Part shown: positions 30,349-40,985 of the stretch, piece by piece
Position numbering within the stretch: position 1 is the stretch's first letter
How the letters are laid out: each line of letters begins with the position of its first letter
Assembly: GCA_963785725.1 (NCBI GenBank)
Contig: CAWAWS010000006.1
Location: 1-64,000, forward strand
Reading direction: 5' to 3'
Length of the DNA: 64,000 nucleotides
DNA from: an uncultured delta proteobacterium
GTDB taxonomy: Bacteria > Myxococcota_A > Polyangia > Palsa-1104
Translations under genes and position numbers: made by a program
The notes under the pieces: model-generated
What the model was told of the DNA's origin: nothing
What the model saw: the letters and a program-made list of their open reading frames with translations, nothing else
Databases searched by the model: none

Positions 30349-32298
30349 CTAGAGGTCGATCTGCATGCCGAGCTCGACGACTTGCTCGGGCGGCAGGTTG
30401 AAGTAGGCGGTGGCGCTGGCGGCGTTCTTGTAGAGGAACGAGAAGATCGACTCGGGAATCCGGCTCATCTCGCCCTTCGCCGTCGCCAAGAACGTCTCGT
30501 GGCCGAGGAAGAAGGCCATGTCGGACACGTCGAGGTCCATTCCGGCGGCGGCGGCGGCGCGGCACAAGCGATCGGGAATGTGCGGCTTCTCCATGAAGCC
30601 CGAGTGCACGATGATGCGATGGAAGCCGGCGTCGAGCTTCTCGACCGAGCCGGTGTCCTCGACGGGAACCCGCGGCTTGCGATCGGTGATGACGGTGAGC
30701 AGGATGACGCGCTCGTGCAGCGATCGCGCGGCGCGCACGTAATGCTCGAGCACGGCCGGGATGCCGGTGAGCTGCGCCGTGAAGAAGACGGCCGTGCCGG
30801 GCACGCGCGCGCCGCAGCGGTGGCTCAGCTCGCGCACGAACTTGTCGACGGGCGGCGCGCTGGCGTTCAGGCGGCGGATGAGGACGGTGCGGCCGCGGCG
30901 CCAGACCATCATGACGGTGAAGATGATGCTGGCGACCAAGATCGGCACATAGCCGCCGTCGACGAACTTGAGCAGGTTGGCGCCGAAGAACGGCAGATCC
31001 CAGCAGAAGAAGAGGATGAGCAGCGGCAGCGCCTTCCAGAGCGGCCACTTCCAGTCTCGGCGCATGACGACGAAGTAGACGACGCTGGTGATGCCCATCG
31101 TGCCGGTGACGGCGATGCCGTACGCGGACGCGAGCCGGCTCGACTCGCGGAAGCCGAGCACCAGCGCCATGCAGCCGATCGCGAGGGCCCAGTTGATCCG
31201 AGGACGTAGATCTGCCCCTCGGTGTGGCTCGACGTGTGCTTGATGGTGACGCGCGGGAAGTAGCCGAGCTGCACCGCCTGGTGCGTGAGCGAGAAGGCGC
31301 CGGAGATGAGCGCCTGCGACGCGATGACCGTCGCCACCGTCGACGAGCGCCGACGAGCGCGTAGGTCGAGCGCGCCCGCGGGCACCATGGCGAAGAACGG
31401 GTTCGCCGCCGGCGTCCGGCGTCGCGCAAGAGCAGCGCGCCCTGGCCGAAGTAGCTGAGCACCAGCGCCGGCATCGACGAGCGCGAGCCAGGCGAGGCGG
31501 ATCGGGGCGCGCGCCGAAGTGGCCCATGTCGGCGTAGAGCGCCTCGCCGCCGGTGACGGCGAGGACGACCGAGCCGAGGACGATGAACGCCGCGCATGCC
31601 GTGGCGCAGCGAAGAAGTGCGACGCGCGTGCAGCGGCGACGAGCGCGCCAGGACGCGCGGGATCGCGCGCGATGTGCCAGGCGCCGAGGGCGCCGATGGA
31701 GACGAACCACAGCGACCATGATGGGGCCGAAGAACTTGCCGATGCCGCCCGTGCCGCGGCTCTGGATGGCGAAGAGCCCGACGAGGATGACGCAGGTGAT
31801 GGGCACGACGTACGGCTTGCAGCTCGGGCGCGGCGACCTCGAGGCCCTCGATGGCGCTGAGCACGGAGATGGCGGGCGTGATGATGCCGTCGCCGTAGAG
31901 CAGCGCGGCGCCGAACGAGGACGATGGCGGCCAAGAAGGTCGTGCCGCTCTTGCTCGTTGCGCAGCGTTCGGGCACGAGCGCGAGGAGCGCGAGGATGCC
32001 GCCTTCGCCGTGGTTGTCGGCGCGCATGATGAACGTGAGGTACTTGACGGTGACGACCATCGTCAGCGCCCAGAAGATGAGCGACAGGACGCCGTAGACG
32101 TTCTCGGGCGACGCGCGGCACGCCGTGCTCGCTCGAGACGCACTCCTTGAGCGTGTAGAGCGGGCTCGTGCCGATGTCGCCGAAGACGACGCCGAGCGCG
32201 CCCAGCGCCAACATGCGCAGTTGGCTGCCGTGCACCGTATGCGGATGCGAATGCGCTGCTGAGGAATCGGCCGTCGCGGGCGGGGCGGACGTGGACAT
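30349..32298 (-). CDS. kup: KUP/HAK/KT potassium uptake protein (many frameshifts in 31200-32120)
   Basis: '[18 protein letters not shown]', '[13 protein letters not shown]', '[14 protein letters not shown]', '[10 protein letters not shown]', '[10 protein letters not shown]', '[10 protein letters not shown]'. Confidence 0.9.
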   Translation of the reverse strand: MSTSAPPATADSSAAHSHPHTVHGSQLRMLALGALGVVFGDIGTSPLYTLKECVSSEHGVPRVARERLRRPVAHLLGADDGRHRQVPHVHHARRQPRRRRHPRAPRARARTLRNEQERHDLLGRHRPRSAPRCSTATASSRPPSPCSAPSRASRSPRPSCKPYVVPITCVILVGLFAIQSRGTGGIGKFFGPIMVAVVRLHRRPRRLAHRARSRASWRARRRCTRVALLRCATACAAFIVLGSVVLAVTGGEALYADMGHFGARPDPPRLARARRCRRWCSATSARARCSCATPDAGGEPVLRHGARGRARPTRSSALVDGGDGHRVAGAHLRRLLAHAPGGAARLLPARHHQAHVEPHRGADLRPRINWALAIGCMALVLGFRESSRLASAYGIAVTGTMGITSVVYFVVMRRDWKWPLWKALPLLILFFCWDLPFFGANLLKFVDGGYVPILVASIIFTVMMVWRRGRTVLIRRLNASAPPVDKFVRELSHRCGARVPGTAVFFTAQLTGIPAVLEHYVRAARSLHERVILLTVITDRKPRVPVEDTGSVEKLDAGFHRIIVHSGFMEKPHIPDRLCRAAAAAGMDLDVSDMAFFLGHETFLATAKGEMSRIPESIFSFLYKNAASATAYFNLPPEQVVELGMQIDL

Positions 32299-32311
32299 GG
32301 GTGGCGGCAGC

Positions 32312-34021
32312 TTACTTGTTCGTGGCCTTCGGTGCGAGTGACGGCGGCCGCGGTAACAGGAAGTTCACAGCCAGCGCCGCGACGACGACGACGACACAGC
32401 CGACGACGTTGTACCAAAGGTAGGTCCAGCTCGTGAGCCAGAACGTCGCGAAGACGCAGACTTGCCCGATGAGCGTGGCGATGAACACCGGCGTGGCGCG
32501 GATGAATTTGGCGAAGAAGGCGATGAGGAAGACGCCCAACATCGGGCCGTAAAAGAGCGAGCCCAAGATGTTGACGGCCTGGATGAGGTTGTCGAGCTGC
32601 GCGGCGAAAGCGGCGAAGGCGACGGCGAGCAGGCCCCAAAAGACGGTGAACCATTTGGCGGCGTTCAGGTAGGTGCGATCTTCGCGGTTGGGCTGCCACA
32701 AGCGGTAGAAGTCGACGACGCTGGTGGAGCCGAGCGAGTTGAGCGCGCTGGCCGTCGCCGACATGGCCGCGCAGACGATGACGGCGAGCAAGAGGCCGAT
32801 GAGGCCGCTCGGAAATTGGCTCATGACGAAGCCGATGAAGATGTAATCCTGATCCTTGATGTCGCTGCCGCGCGTCTCCGCGAGCAGCTTCTTGGCGCGC
32901 GTGCGCACGGCGTCGGTGGCCGCGCCGCCGGCGCGCAATTCGTCGGCGGCGCTGGCTTTGCGCGCGTCGTCGGCGGTGGCGAGCGCGCTCGCGTAATGGT
33001 CGACCGCGAGCCGGCGCTGCGCGAAGGCCGCATCCCAGTCGGCGTCGAGCCGGCGCGCGTCGGCGGCGCGCGGCCCCGTGTGCGCGCGCTGCCATTCGCC
33101 TTGGTTGAAGAAGAGCGGCGGCTGGTGAAAGAGATAGAACACGAAGAGCAAGACGCCGACGAACAGGATCATGAACTGCATCGGCAGCTTCAAGATGCCG
33201 TTGAACACGAGGCCCAGGCGCGACTCCGTCAGCGACGCGCCGCCGAGATAGCGCTGCACCTGCGACTGATCGGTGCCGAAGTAGGCGAGCGCGACGAAGA
33301 GGCCGCCGGTCATGCCCGACCAGAACGTGTAGCGCCGGTCGAAGCGCCAGGCGTAGTCGACGATCTTCATCTTCCCGAGCGCGCCCGCCAAGTGCACGGC
33401 GTGGTCGAGCGAGAGATCCGCCGGCAATTGCCGGCGAATGAAGAAGAACGCCAGCGCCATGCCGGCGAGCATCACGATCATCTGGAACGTCTGCGTGCGG
33501 CTGACGACGCGCGTGCCGCCGGACACGGTGTACACGATCGTCACCGAGCCGATGACGAGGTTCGTCCACTGCAGCGGCCAGCCGAGCACGGTCGACAGCA
33601 CGATCGCCGGCGCGTAGATCGACACGCCCGCCGCCAAGCTGCGCGAGACGAGGAACAGGATCGCCGTCAATTGCCGCGTCTTGCGATCGAAGCGCTGCTC
33701 CAAGAATTCGTAGGCGGTGTAGACCTTCAAGCGATAGTAGAGCGGCAAGAAGAACGCCGACAGGATCACCATCGCGACCGGCAGGCCGAAGTAGAACTGC
33801 AGAAAGCCCATGCCGTCTTCGAACGCTTGGCCGGGCATCGATAGGAAGGTGATGGCGCTCGCTTGCGTGGCCATGATCGAGAGGCCGATCGTCCACCAGC
33901 GCAGATCGCGGCCGCCGCGCAGGTAGACGTCGCTCGTCTTGGCGCCGCGATCGCGCCAGCTGCCGTAGCCGACGATGGCGGCGATGGTGCCGACGAGCAC
34001 GATCCAGTCGAGTAACTTCAT
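32312..34021 (-). CDS. Sodium:solute symporter (SSS) family protein
   Basis: '[24 protein letters not shown]', '[11 protein letters not shown]', '[13 protein letters not shown]'. Confidence 0.93.
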   Translation of the reverse strand: MKLLDWIVLVGTIAAIVGYGSWRDRGAKTSDVYLRGGRDLRWWTIGLSIMATQASAITFLSMPGQAFEDGMGFLQFYFGLPVAMVILSAFFLPLYYRLKVYTAYEFLEQRFDRKTRQLTAILFLVSRSLAAGVSIYAPAIVLSTVLGWPLQWTNLVIGSVTIVYTVSGGTRVVSRTQTFQMIVMLAGMALAFFFIRRQLPADLSLDHAVHLAGALGKMKIVDYAWRFDRRYTFWSGMTGGLFVALAYFGTDQSQVQRYLGGASLTESRLGLVFNGILKLPMQFMILFVGVLLFVFYLFHQPPLFFNQGEWQRAHTGPRAADARRLDADWDAAFAQRRLAVDHYASALATADDARKASAADELRAGGAATDAVRTRAKKLLAETRGSDIKDQDYIFIGFVMSQFPSGLIGLLLAVIVCAAMSATASALNSLGSTSVVDFYRLWQPNREDRTYLNAAKWFTVFWGLLAVAFAAFAAQLDNLIQAVNILGSLFYGPMLGVFLIAFFAKFIRATPVFIATLIGQVCVFATFWLTSWTYLWYNVVGCVVVVVAALAVNFLLPRPPSLAPKATNK

Positions 34022-34200
34022 CGAGTCTCCTGCGGAGCTCGATGAGGAGGATGGTCGATCCGCTGGCCCTACGGGCCGGACGCTCACATTCGCTCGCTGG
34101 CGCTCGCTCATCGAGTCTCCTGCGGAGCTCGATGAGGGGATGGTCGATCCGCTGGCCCTACGGGCCGGACGCTCACATTCGCTCGCTGGCGCTCGCTCAT
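34021..34200 (-). repeat. Two tandem 89/90-bp MIRU-like intercistronic units
   Basis: 34021-34110 and 34111-34199 are identical except one base; each starts ATGAGCGAGCGCCAGCGAGCGAA and ends GGAGACTCG-ATGA on the minus strand. Confidence 0.9.
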
Positions 34201-34331
34201 CGATAGAGCCAGGTGACGGCCGACAAGATCGCGATCAGGACGGCGAGCGTGCCCAAGACGAACGCGTACATGCCGCGCCAGCTGCGAAAGAACGGCGGCT
34301 TGTCGTTCTCGGCCAGTGGCTCAGTGGCCAT
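34197..34331 (-). CDS. Small single-TM protein (44 aa) upstream of the SSS gene
   Basis: MATEPLAENDKPPFFRSWRGMYAFVLGTLAVLIAILSAVTWLYR*; start overlaps the PIG-L 3' end; below the ORF-track cutoff. Confidence 0.7.
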   Translation of the reverse strand: MATEPLAENDKPPFFRSWRGMYAFVLGTLAVLIAILSAVTWLYR

Positions 34332-36855
34332 AGGAAATCAGGTTCGAAAAGAGCCGGTAGGCGCCGGGAATTCCCGCCGGCAGCTGCCGGAAGAAGCCGA
34401 GACCGGTGTAGATGAACGCGCCTTTGCCGTGCTTGGCGATGATGAGCGAGCCCAGCGCCGGCTTCTCGTCCTTGTCGTGCATGCTCAGCGGCGCCACGAA
34501 ATGCGCCGCGTCCCAGCCTTCGGCGAAGTAGAGGCCGCGCTCCTGCACCCAGCCGACCCAGTCGCGCGCGCCGAGCGGATTGGGCGTGTGCAGCACCGGA
34601 TGGTCCTTGGCGACGTCGACGCTCGCGTTCTCGTCGGTGACGCGGGTCTGCGAGATCGTGAACGCATACGGCCCGATGACCGGCACGTCGGACAGCCAAT
34701 TCTTCGTGTTGTACTGCACGAGCAAGGTCCCGCCCGCGGCCACGTAATCCATGAGCCGCTTGTGCACGACCTCCAGGCGCGGATTGACGTTGAACGCGCG
34801 CACGCCGACGACGATGGTCTCGAAGCGCGCCAACGAATCGTGCGCCAGCGCTTCGTCGTCGAGCAGCGTCACGTCGTAGCCGACTTGCCGCAGCGCCGCC
34901 GGCACGTCGTCGCCGGCGCCGGGAATGTAGCCGAGATGCGTGCGCGTCCGATGCAGCTCGAGGCGCACGACCTTGACCTCCGTCGCCGGCAAGATCGTCT
35001 GAATCGGAATGTGCGGATACTCGATGCGCGTCAAGGCATGCAGCGGCTGCGGCGACTGCCCATCGAGCGCGACCGTAAAATGAATGAGCGCGCTCGCGTC
35101 GGTCGTCTTGGCCGGCGGCTTGACGTGAAAGGCCAGCTCGGTCTCGACGCCGCGGCTCGCCAGCTCGACGCGCGCCGAGCCCGGCTCGACGGTCCAGCCC
35201 GCGGGCACGACCGGCGTAATCGTCGCTTTGATCGCGCCCGCCGTCTGCGCGCGCACCGTCAGCTTGAGCGCCTTGCCCTGCGCGTCGGGAAACATGAGCA
35301 GCGGCGCGCGCGGATTGGCCGTCAGCGGCGGCAAGATCTCGAGCGGCCGCACGCGCTCGCCCGCCACCGGATCGGTCCATTTGTAAGCGACCGGCCGCGT
35401 CACCGTAAACGGCACATTGCCGACGGTAAACTGAAACTCGGCCGCGATCGGCGCCGGCTCTTCCGGCCGTCCGATGAGCGTCTGCTCGCTGACCGTCCAA
35501 TGGCCCGGCGACGGCGGCTCGGCCAGCCAATAGGGCGTCGTCAGCCGCTCCGGCGTCTTCGCCGTCGCCGGCTGCGTCCACGGCTGATTCGTCGGCAGCG
35601 GCTTGTCGACGCCGATCGTCCGCTCGCCCAGCCGCACGCTGCGCAACGTCAACGCCGCGTGCGAACGATTGAGCGCGGTCAACGTCAGCTTCACGTCGCC
35701 GCTCGCCGGCGCCGACGACTCGCCCGCGCTGGCGTCGACGTAGAGCCCGGCGCAGGCCGCGATGACGTCGCCGATTTCGGCGCGCTTGGCCGCCTTCCAC
35801 GGCGAATCCGCGAGCGCGTCGAGCGCCGCCGCCGCCTGCGCCAACAGCGGCACGCTCGCCGCCGGATCGCTCGACTTCCACTCGGCGCGCGCCTGCGCCA
35901 GCAGCTTCTGCAGCTTGTCACTGCCGGCGACGCGCGCCCACGTCAGGTTCACGCCGTCGAAGATCGAGCCCGACGTCATCGGCGCGCCGGCCAGCAGCTT
36001 GAAATATTCGTTGGCCGGTCCGCGCTGCGGCGCCGCGCCGAAGCCTTGGCTCTTGTGCATGCTGCGGCTCGTCGCCGCCATCTCGCCGTACGACACGCCC
36101 AGCGACGGGTTGTAGCCGCCGACATCGAGCTTGGCGTAGCTCGATAGATCTTCGCCCGCCGGCACGCCGCCGAAGAAGCCGCGATTCCACACGATGCGCT
36201 TGGCCTGCCACGGCGATACGCCCAGCTTTTGCCACTCGGGGTGATAGCTCTCGTCCGCCGCCAGCTTGAACGCCGCCAGCGCCAGCTGCGCCGACGCGGT
36301 GTGATGGCCGTGCGTGTCGCGACCGTCGGGCGCGAAGCGCGTCACGATGACGTCCGGCTGAAAACGCCGCACCGCCCACACGACGTCGGCCAAGATCGTG
36401 TCGCGATCCCAGATGCTCAGCGTCTCTTCCGGCGTCTTCGAGTAGCCGAAGTCGCGGGCGCGCGAGAACAGCTGCTCGCCGCCGTCGACGCCGCGCGCCG
36501 CCAACAGCTCCTGCGTGCGAATGACGCCGAGCAGCGGCTGCAGCTCACCGCCGATCAAATTCTGCCCGCCTTCACCGCGCGTCAGCGACAAATAGGCCGT
36601 GCGCACCAGCTTGCCGTTGCGCAGCCAGCTCAGCATGCGCGTGTTCTCGTCGTCGGGATGGGCCGCGACGTAGAGCACGTTGCCGACGACGCCGAGCCGC
36701 TCGACGGCGCGCTCGAGCTCGCCCGCGTTCGGCTGCCGGAAGGGCGCGGCCTCGGCGCTCATGCCGATCCCCAAGACCACGACGCAGCAACCGACGAGCG
36801 CGCAGCCCAACGCGCTCCCTCTCGCAAGCAGGGTGGTACCTGACGGAGCGCGCAT
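34321..36855 (-). CDS. Long-form PIG-L/LmbE family deacetylase with probable signal peptide
   Basis: 'LYVAAHPDDEN', 'LTRGEGGQN', 'IRTQELLAAR', 'DFGYSK', 'HGHH'; C-terminal 'GYIPGAGD...LVQYN...WVQERGLYF'; hydrophobic N-terminus ending AEA. Confidence 0.9.
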   Translation of the reverse strand: MRAPSGTTLLARGSALGCALVGCCVVVLGIGMSAEAAPFRQPNAGELERAVERLGVVGNVLYVAAHPDDENTRMLSWLRNGKLVRTAYLSLTRGEGGQNLIGGELQPLLGVIRTQELLAARGVDGGEQLFSRARDFGYSKTPEETLSIWDRDTILADVVWAVRRFQPDVIVTRFAPDGRDTHGHHTASAQLALAAFKLAADESYHPEWQKLGVSPWQAKRIVWNRGFFGGVPAGEDLSSYAKLDVGGYNPSLGVSYGEMAATSRSMHKSQGFGAAPQRGPANEYFKLLAGAPMTSGSIFDGVNLTWARVAGSDKLQKLLAQARAEWKSSDPAASVPLLAQAAAALDALADSPWKAAKRAEIGDVIAACAGLYVDASAGESSAPASGDVKLTLTALNRSHAALTLRSVRLGERTIGVDKPLPTNQPWTQPATAKTPERLTTPYWLAEPPSPGHWTVSEQTLIGRPEEPAPIAAEFQFTVGNVPFTVTRPVAYKWTDPVAGERVRPLEILPPLTANPRAPLLMFPDAQGKALKLTVRAQTAGAIKATITPVVPAGWTVEPGSARVELASRGVETELAFHVKPPAKTTDASALIHFTVALDGQSPQPLHALTRIEYPHIPIQTILPATEVKVVRLELHRTRTHLGYIPGAGDDVPAALRQVGYDVTLLDDEALAHDSLARFETIVVGVRAFNVNPRLEVVHKRLMDYVAAGGTLLVQYNTKNWLSDVPVIGPYAFTISQTRVTDENASVDVAKDHPVLHTPNPLGARDWVGWVQERGLYFAEGWDAAHFVAPLSMHDKDEKPALGSLIIAKHGKGAFIYTGLGFFRQLPAGIPGAYRLFSNLISYGH

Positions 36856-37142
36856 TCTGGCGTACCTTTCTTAGGCAGTGGCTTAGCGGGTGGCAAAGCG
36901 GAGATGGCCGACACTGATACCCGTCGTATCGCGATGGTCGCTTCAACGCCAGTCGATCTCGCGTTCGATCGAATGGCGCCGAGCGCGCGGTGAGCGCGTC
37001 GACGTGAAACACCGCAGCCGCGTAAAGGGTTGCCACAAAATGATCGTCGCGCGGGCGGAATATCGGATCGGCGGACGCAGTTTGTCGTTCGTGATCAACT
37101 GCGCCATTGGCAAGCGGCAAAGCCGTATTAAATAGACGAGCC

Positions 37143-38742
37143 GTGGCTGCCACCTTTTACGCGTCTTATCTCGCCGCCGGCATGAACGGCGGCGCGCTCT
37201 ATCCCGTCGGCTTCGGCGCGCGCGACGAACGCGTGACGCGCACGCGCGCCGCGGCGCAGCGTCCGCTCGCGCCCGGCATCCTCGCGCGGCTGCGCGCCGA
37301 CAACGAGCCGCTCGGCCCGAGCGACGCGGCGCGCCGCAACCTGGACGCGCTGGCGCAGCCGAACGTCGCGGTCGTCGTCACCGGCCAGCAAGTCGGCCTC
37401 TGTCTCGGCCCGCTCTACAGCATCTTCAAGGCGGCGACGGCGATCCGCGTCGCGCGCCAGCTGGAGGCGGAGTCGGGGGTCCGCTGCGTGCCGCTGTTTT
37501 GGCTGCAGACCGAAGATCAAGACTTCGACGAGATCGCCGCCTGTACGGTGCCGCGCCCCGACGGCGAGCTCATGACCTTGCGGCTCGACGACGATCCGCA
37601 ATTGGCGCGCGTTCCCGTGGCCGAGCGGCGCATCGGCCCGGGCCTGTCGCCGCAGCTCGACGCGCTCGCCGACGCGCTCGAGGCGCTGCCGTTCGCCGGC
37701 GAAACCATGGCTCTCTTGCGCGATCACTATCGACCGGGCCATTCGCCGGCGCGCGCGTTCGCCGGCGTCTTGACCGCGATCTTCGCCGACGACGGCCTGG
37801 TCGTGCTCGACCCGCGCAACGAAGTCGTGGCCGGCTTGGCCGCGCCCTTCATGCGCGCCGCCATCGTCGATCACGCGGCCATCGACGCGCTCTTGAGCCG
37901 AACGCGCCGCCGCGCTCGACGCCGCCGGCTTCGCCGAGCAGGTGCGCACGCGGCCGGGCTCGCCCTTGTGCTTCTTCCATCCCGCCGGCGCGCGCGGTCC
38001 GCGCCAGCGGCTGACCCACTGTAGCGGCGGCTTCGCCGTCGACGGCAGCGGCGAAGTCGTGACGGAGGCCGAGCTGCTGGCGACGCTGGCGCGCGATCCC
38101 TTGCGCTTCAGCTCGTCGGCGCTCTTGCGTCCGCTCGTGCAAGACACGATCTTGCCGACGGCGGCCTATGTCGGCGGTCCGGCCGAGGTCAGCTACTTCG
38201 CGCAGCTGGCGCCGCTCTACGCGCACTTCGGCATGACGCCGCCGATGCAAGCGCCGCGCGCGCGCTTTCGCTTACTCCCGCCGCATGTTCGCACGCTGTT
38301 GCAGACGCTCGGCCTGGCGGCGGCCGAGGTCGAAGGCGAGCGCGAGCCGCTGCTCGCGCGCCTGGCGCAACCGGCAGGCGAGCGCGCGCAGGCGCCGTCG
38401 CCGGCGTGGCTGACCGAGCTCGAGGCGCGCCTCGACGACTTCGCCGCGTCGCCCGACTTCACGCCCGCCCTGCGCAAGCCGCTCGAACGCACGCGCGCCG
38501 CCATCCACAAGAACTTCGGCCACCTCGTGCGCGCGCATCGCCATCAGCTGGCGACGCGCGACGCGACCTTGGCCGCGCGCGTCGATCGCCTGCGCCGCTG
38601 GATCTTTCCCGGCGGCGTGCCGCAGGAGCGCGTGCACGCGGCGCCGTATTACCTCGCGCTCGTCGGGCCGGCGGCGCTCGGTCGCGCGCTCGTCGCCGCC
38701 GTCGATCCGGCGCAGCCGCAAACCCGAGATTTGGCGCTATGA
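37143..38742 (+). CDS. bshC: Bacillithiol biosynthesis cysteine-adding enzyme (frameshift near 37900)
   Basis: 'VVTGQQVGL..GPLYSIFKA', 'VPLFWLQTEDQDFDEI', 'FSSSALLRPLVQDTILPT.AYVGGPAEVSYFAQL', 'P.GVPQERV'. Confidence 0.9.
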
Positions 38743-39851
38743 CGTCGATGAAGATCGGCATCACCTGCTTTCCCACCTTCGGCGGCAGCGGCATCATCGC
38801 CACCGAGATCGGCTTGCAGCTGGCGCGCCGCGGTCACGAGGTGCACTTCGTCTGCACGGCCATGCCCTGGCGCTTCGACGACGTGGCGCCCAACGTCCAC
38901 TTTCACGCCGTCGAGCAGCTGCAATATCCGCTCTTCGATCACAGCCCGTATACGCTGGCGCTGACCTCGAAGCTGGTGGCGGTGAGCGACGCCGTCGGGC
39001 TCGACCTCTTGCACGTGCACTACGCGATCCCGCACGCGGCGAGCGCCTACTTGGCGCGACAGATCTTGGGCCCGCGCGCGCCGAAGATCATCACGACGCT
39101 GCACGGCACCGACATCACCGTCGTCGGCAGCGATCCGTCGTTCCTGCCGATCACGCGCTTCGCCATCGAGCAGTCGGACGGCGTGACCGTGCCGTCGGAG
39201 GATCTCAAGCGCTCGACCCATTCGTTGCTCGGCGTCGACGCCAACAAGGCCATCGAGGTCATCCCCAACTTCGTCGACACCGAGATGTATCGGCCGGCGC
39301 CGCGCGATCGGCAGCGCCCGCCGACGGTGGTGCACAACTCCAACTTCCGGCCGCTCAAGCGCGTCGACGACGTGGTGCGCGTGTTCGCGCAGGTGCGGCG
39401 CGCCTGCGACTGCCGGCTCGTCCTCATCGGCGACGGCCCCGAGCGCGACCGCGTCGAGCGGCTGGTGCACGAGCTCGGCCTCGGCGGCGACGTGCGCTTC
39501 TTGGGCGAGCAGCTGCACGTGGCGCCGATCCTGCGCGAGTGCGACGTGTTCCTCTTGCCCAGCGTCACCGAGAGCTTCGGACTGGCGGCGCTGGAGGCGC
39601 TGGCGAGCGGCGTTCCCGTCGTGGCCACGCGTGCCGGCGGTCTGCCCGAGGTCGTGCACGAAGGCGAGAACGGCCTGCTCGCCGCCGTCGGCGACGTCGA
39701 CGCGATGGCCGCCGCCGTCTTGCGCCTCTTGACCGACGCGCCGCTGCACGCGCGCATGGCGGCCGCGGCCCGCGCCGGCGCCGAAGCGCACTATCGCCGC
39801 GACCCGCTGGTCCAGCGCTACGAAGACTATTACCGCCGCGTTCTCGGCTGA
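38739..39851 (+). CDS. bshA: N-acetyl-alpha-D-glucosaminyl L-malate synthase
   Basis: 'KIGITCFPTFGGSGIIATEIG', 'LHVHYAIPHA', 'ITTLHGTDIT', 'HNSNFRPLKR', 'ESFGLAALEA'; ATGA-coupled to bshC. Confidence 0.95.
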   Translation: MTSMKIGITCFPTFGGSGIIATEIGLQLARRGHEVHFVCTAMPWRFDDVAPNVHFHAVEQLQYPLFDHSPYTLALTSKLVAVSDAVGLDLLHVHYAIPHAASAYLARQILGPRAPKIITTLHGTDITVVGSDPSFLPITRFAIEQSDGVTVPSEDLKRSTHSLLGVDANKAIEVIPNFVDTEMYRPAPRDRQRPPTVVHNSNFRPLKRVDDVVRVFAQVRRACDCRLVLIGDGPERDRVERLVHELGLGGDVRFLGEQLHVAPILRECDVFLLPSVTESFGLAALEALASGVPVVATRAGGLPEVVHEGENGLLAAVGDVDAMAAAVLRLLTDAPLHARMAAAARAGAEAHYRRDPLVQRYEDYYRRVLG

Positions 39852-39924
39852 TCGACGAACGGAAGCGCGCGGCCGCTCGCAGCGCGCGCGTGAGGGGCGA
39901 CGCCGCCGCTAAGTCAACGCCTGT

Positions 39925-40785
39925 TTACTTGGACTTCCAGTCGTTCAGCGCCTTCTTGACGTCGTCCTTGCCGCCGTATTTGTCGGCCGGCAGCGCCGAG
40001 CCCAGCTGATCGGCCTTCTGCGCCAGCGGCAGCGCCTGCTTGTAGTTGCCCTTGGCCGCCAACAGCTGCGCCTTGGTCCAATCGTTGTTCCACACTTCAC
40101 CGATGGCGATCGAGCGATCGACGAGCTCGAGGCCGGCGTCGTAATCCTTCTTCTGCTCGAGCATGTAGCGCGCCGCCTGGTTGAACGGCGACCACGCCGT
40201 GTCCTCGGCCGTCTTGACGATCGCCGCCACCTGCGCGTCCGTGCCCAGCTTCACCGGCAACGCGATGCGCACCCGCTCCCATTCGAGCACCAGCGCGACC
40301 GCGTTCTGCACCGCGAAGTCGTCGAACGAGTAGGCGAGCCGCTCCTTGTGCGCGATCGGGATCGGCTTGACGTCGACGCGAACCAGATCCTGGTCCGCCT
40401 TGTAGGCGAACGCGCCCGGCTGCACCGGATCCTTGTTGACGATGAAGGTCCAATTGCCCTGCTTTTGCGGGATGACGAAGATCGAGTAGCTGCCGGCCGG
40501 CACCTTCGTCGTGCCGATGGTGACCTCGCGGCTCACCGTCAGCTTCGTCGACAAGTTGGCGCCGGCGCGCCAGACCTGCCCGTATTGCACGACGTTGCCC
40601 CAGATCTTGCGGCCGTTGACGCGCGGGCTCGAGTAATCGACCGTCAGCTCGGTCAGCCCGACCGTCTGCGACACTTTGGCGAACGGGCTCGCGCGCGGCA
40701 GATCGATCTGCTGCGCCTGCGCCACGCCGTTCATACAGATCGCGCTCAGCGCGACCGCGAATACCGACGACAACAGAGTCTTCAT
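39925..40785 (-). CDS. DUF2911 domain protein with C-terminal TPR-like helices
   Basis: Signal peptide; 'PRASP...QTVGLT...VDYSSP...GRKIWG..V.YG.VWRAGAN'. Confidence 0.88.
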   Translation of the reverse strand: MKTLLSSVFAVALSAICMNGVAQAQQIDLPRASPFAKVSQTVGLTELTVDYSSPRVNGRKIWGNVVQYGQVWRAGANLSTKLTVSREVTIGTTKVPAGSYSIFVIPQKQGNWTFIVNKDPVQPGAFAYKADQDLVRVDVKPIPIAHKERLAYSFDDFAVQNAVALVLEWERVRIALPVKLGTDAQVAAIVKTAEDTAWSPFNQAARYMLEQKKDYDAGLELVDRSIAIGEVWNNDWTKAQLLAAKGNYKQALPLAQKADQLGSALPADKYGGKDDVKKALNDWKSK

Positions 40786-40985
40786 GGGCAAATTCCTCCT
40801 CGGGAAAGCCAAACGACACAAGTCAGGCGTGAACAGAAAACCGGAGCGCGGCGGCGAGTTCGCGCCATTCGTGCACGCGCCGGTCGGCTCTGCGTTTACC
40901 GCCGCCGGCGCGTCGCCGCAAGGGCCGCCGAAGGCCGTTGTCGCGGCGACGAAAGTATGAAATCCTCGTGTGCGGACAGCTCCGC

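Noticed and set aside
34021..34200. CRISPR array or riboswitch
   Set aside because: The units are whole tandem duplicates with no unique spacers, and I recognise no aptamer motif.
34321..36855. Calling the PIG-L gene bshB
   Set aside because: Much longer than typical BshB proteins, with a probable signal peptide and extra domains; the symbol is not supportable.
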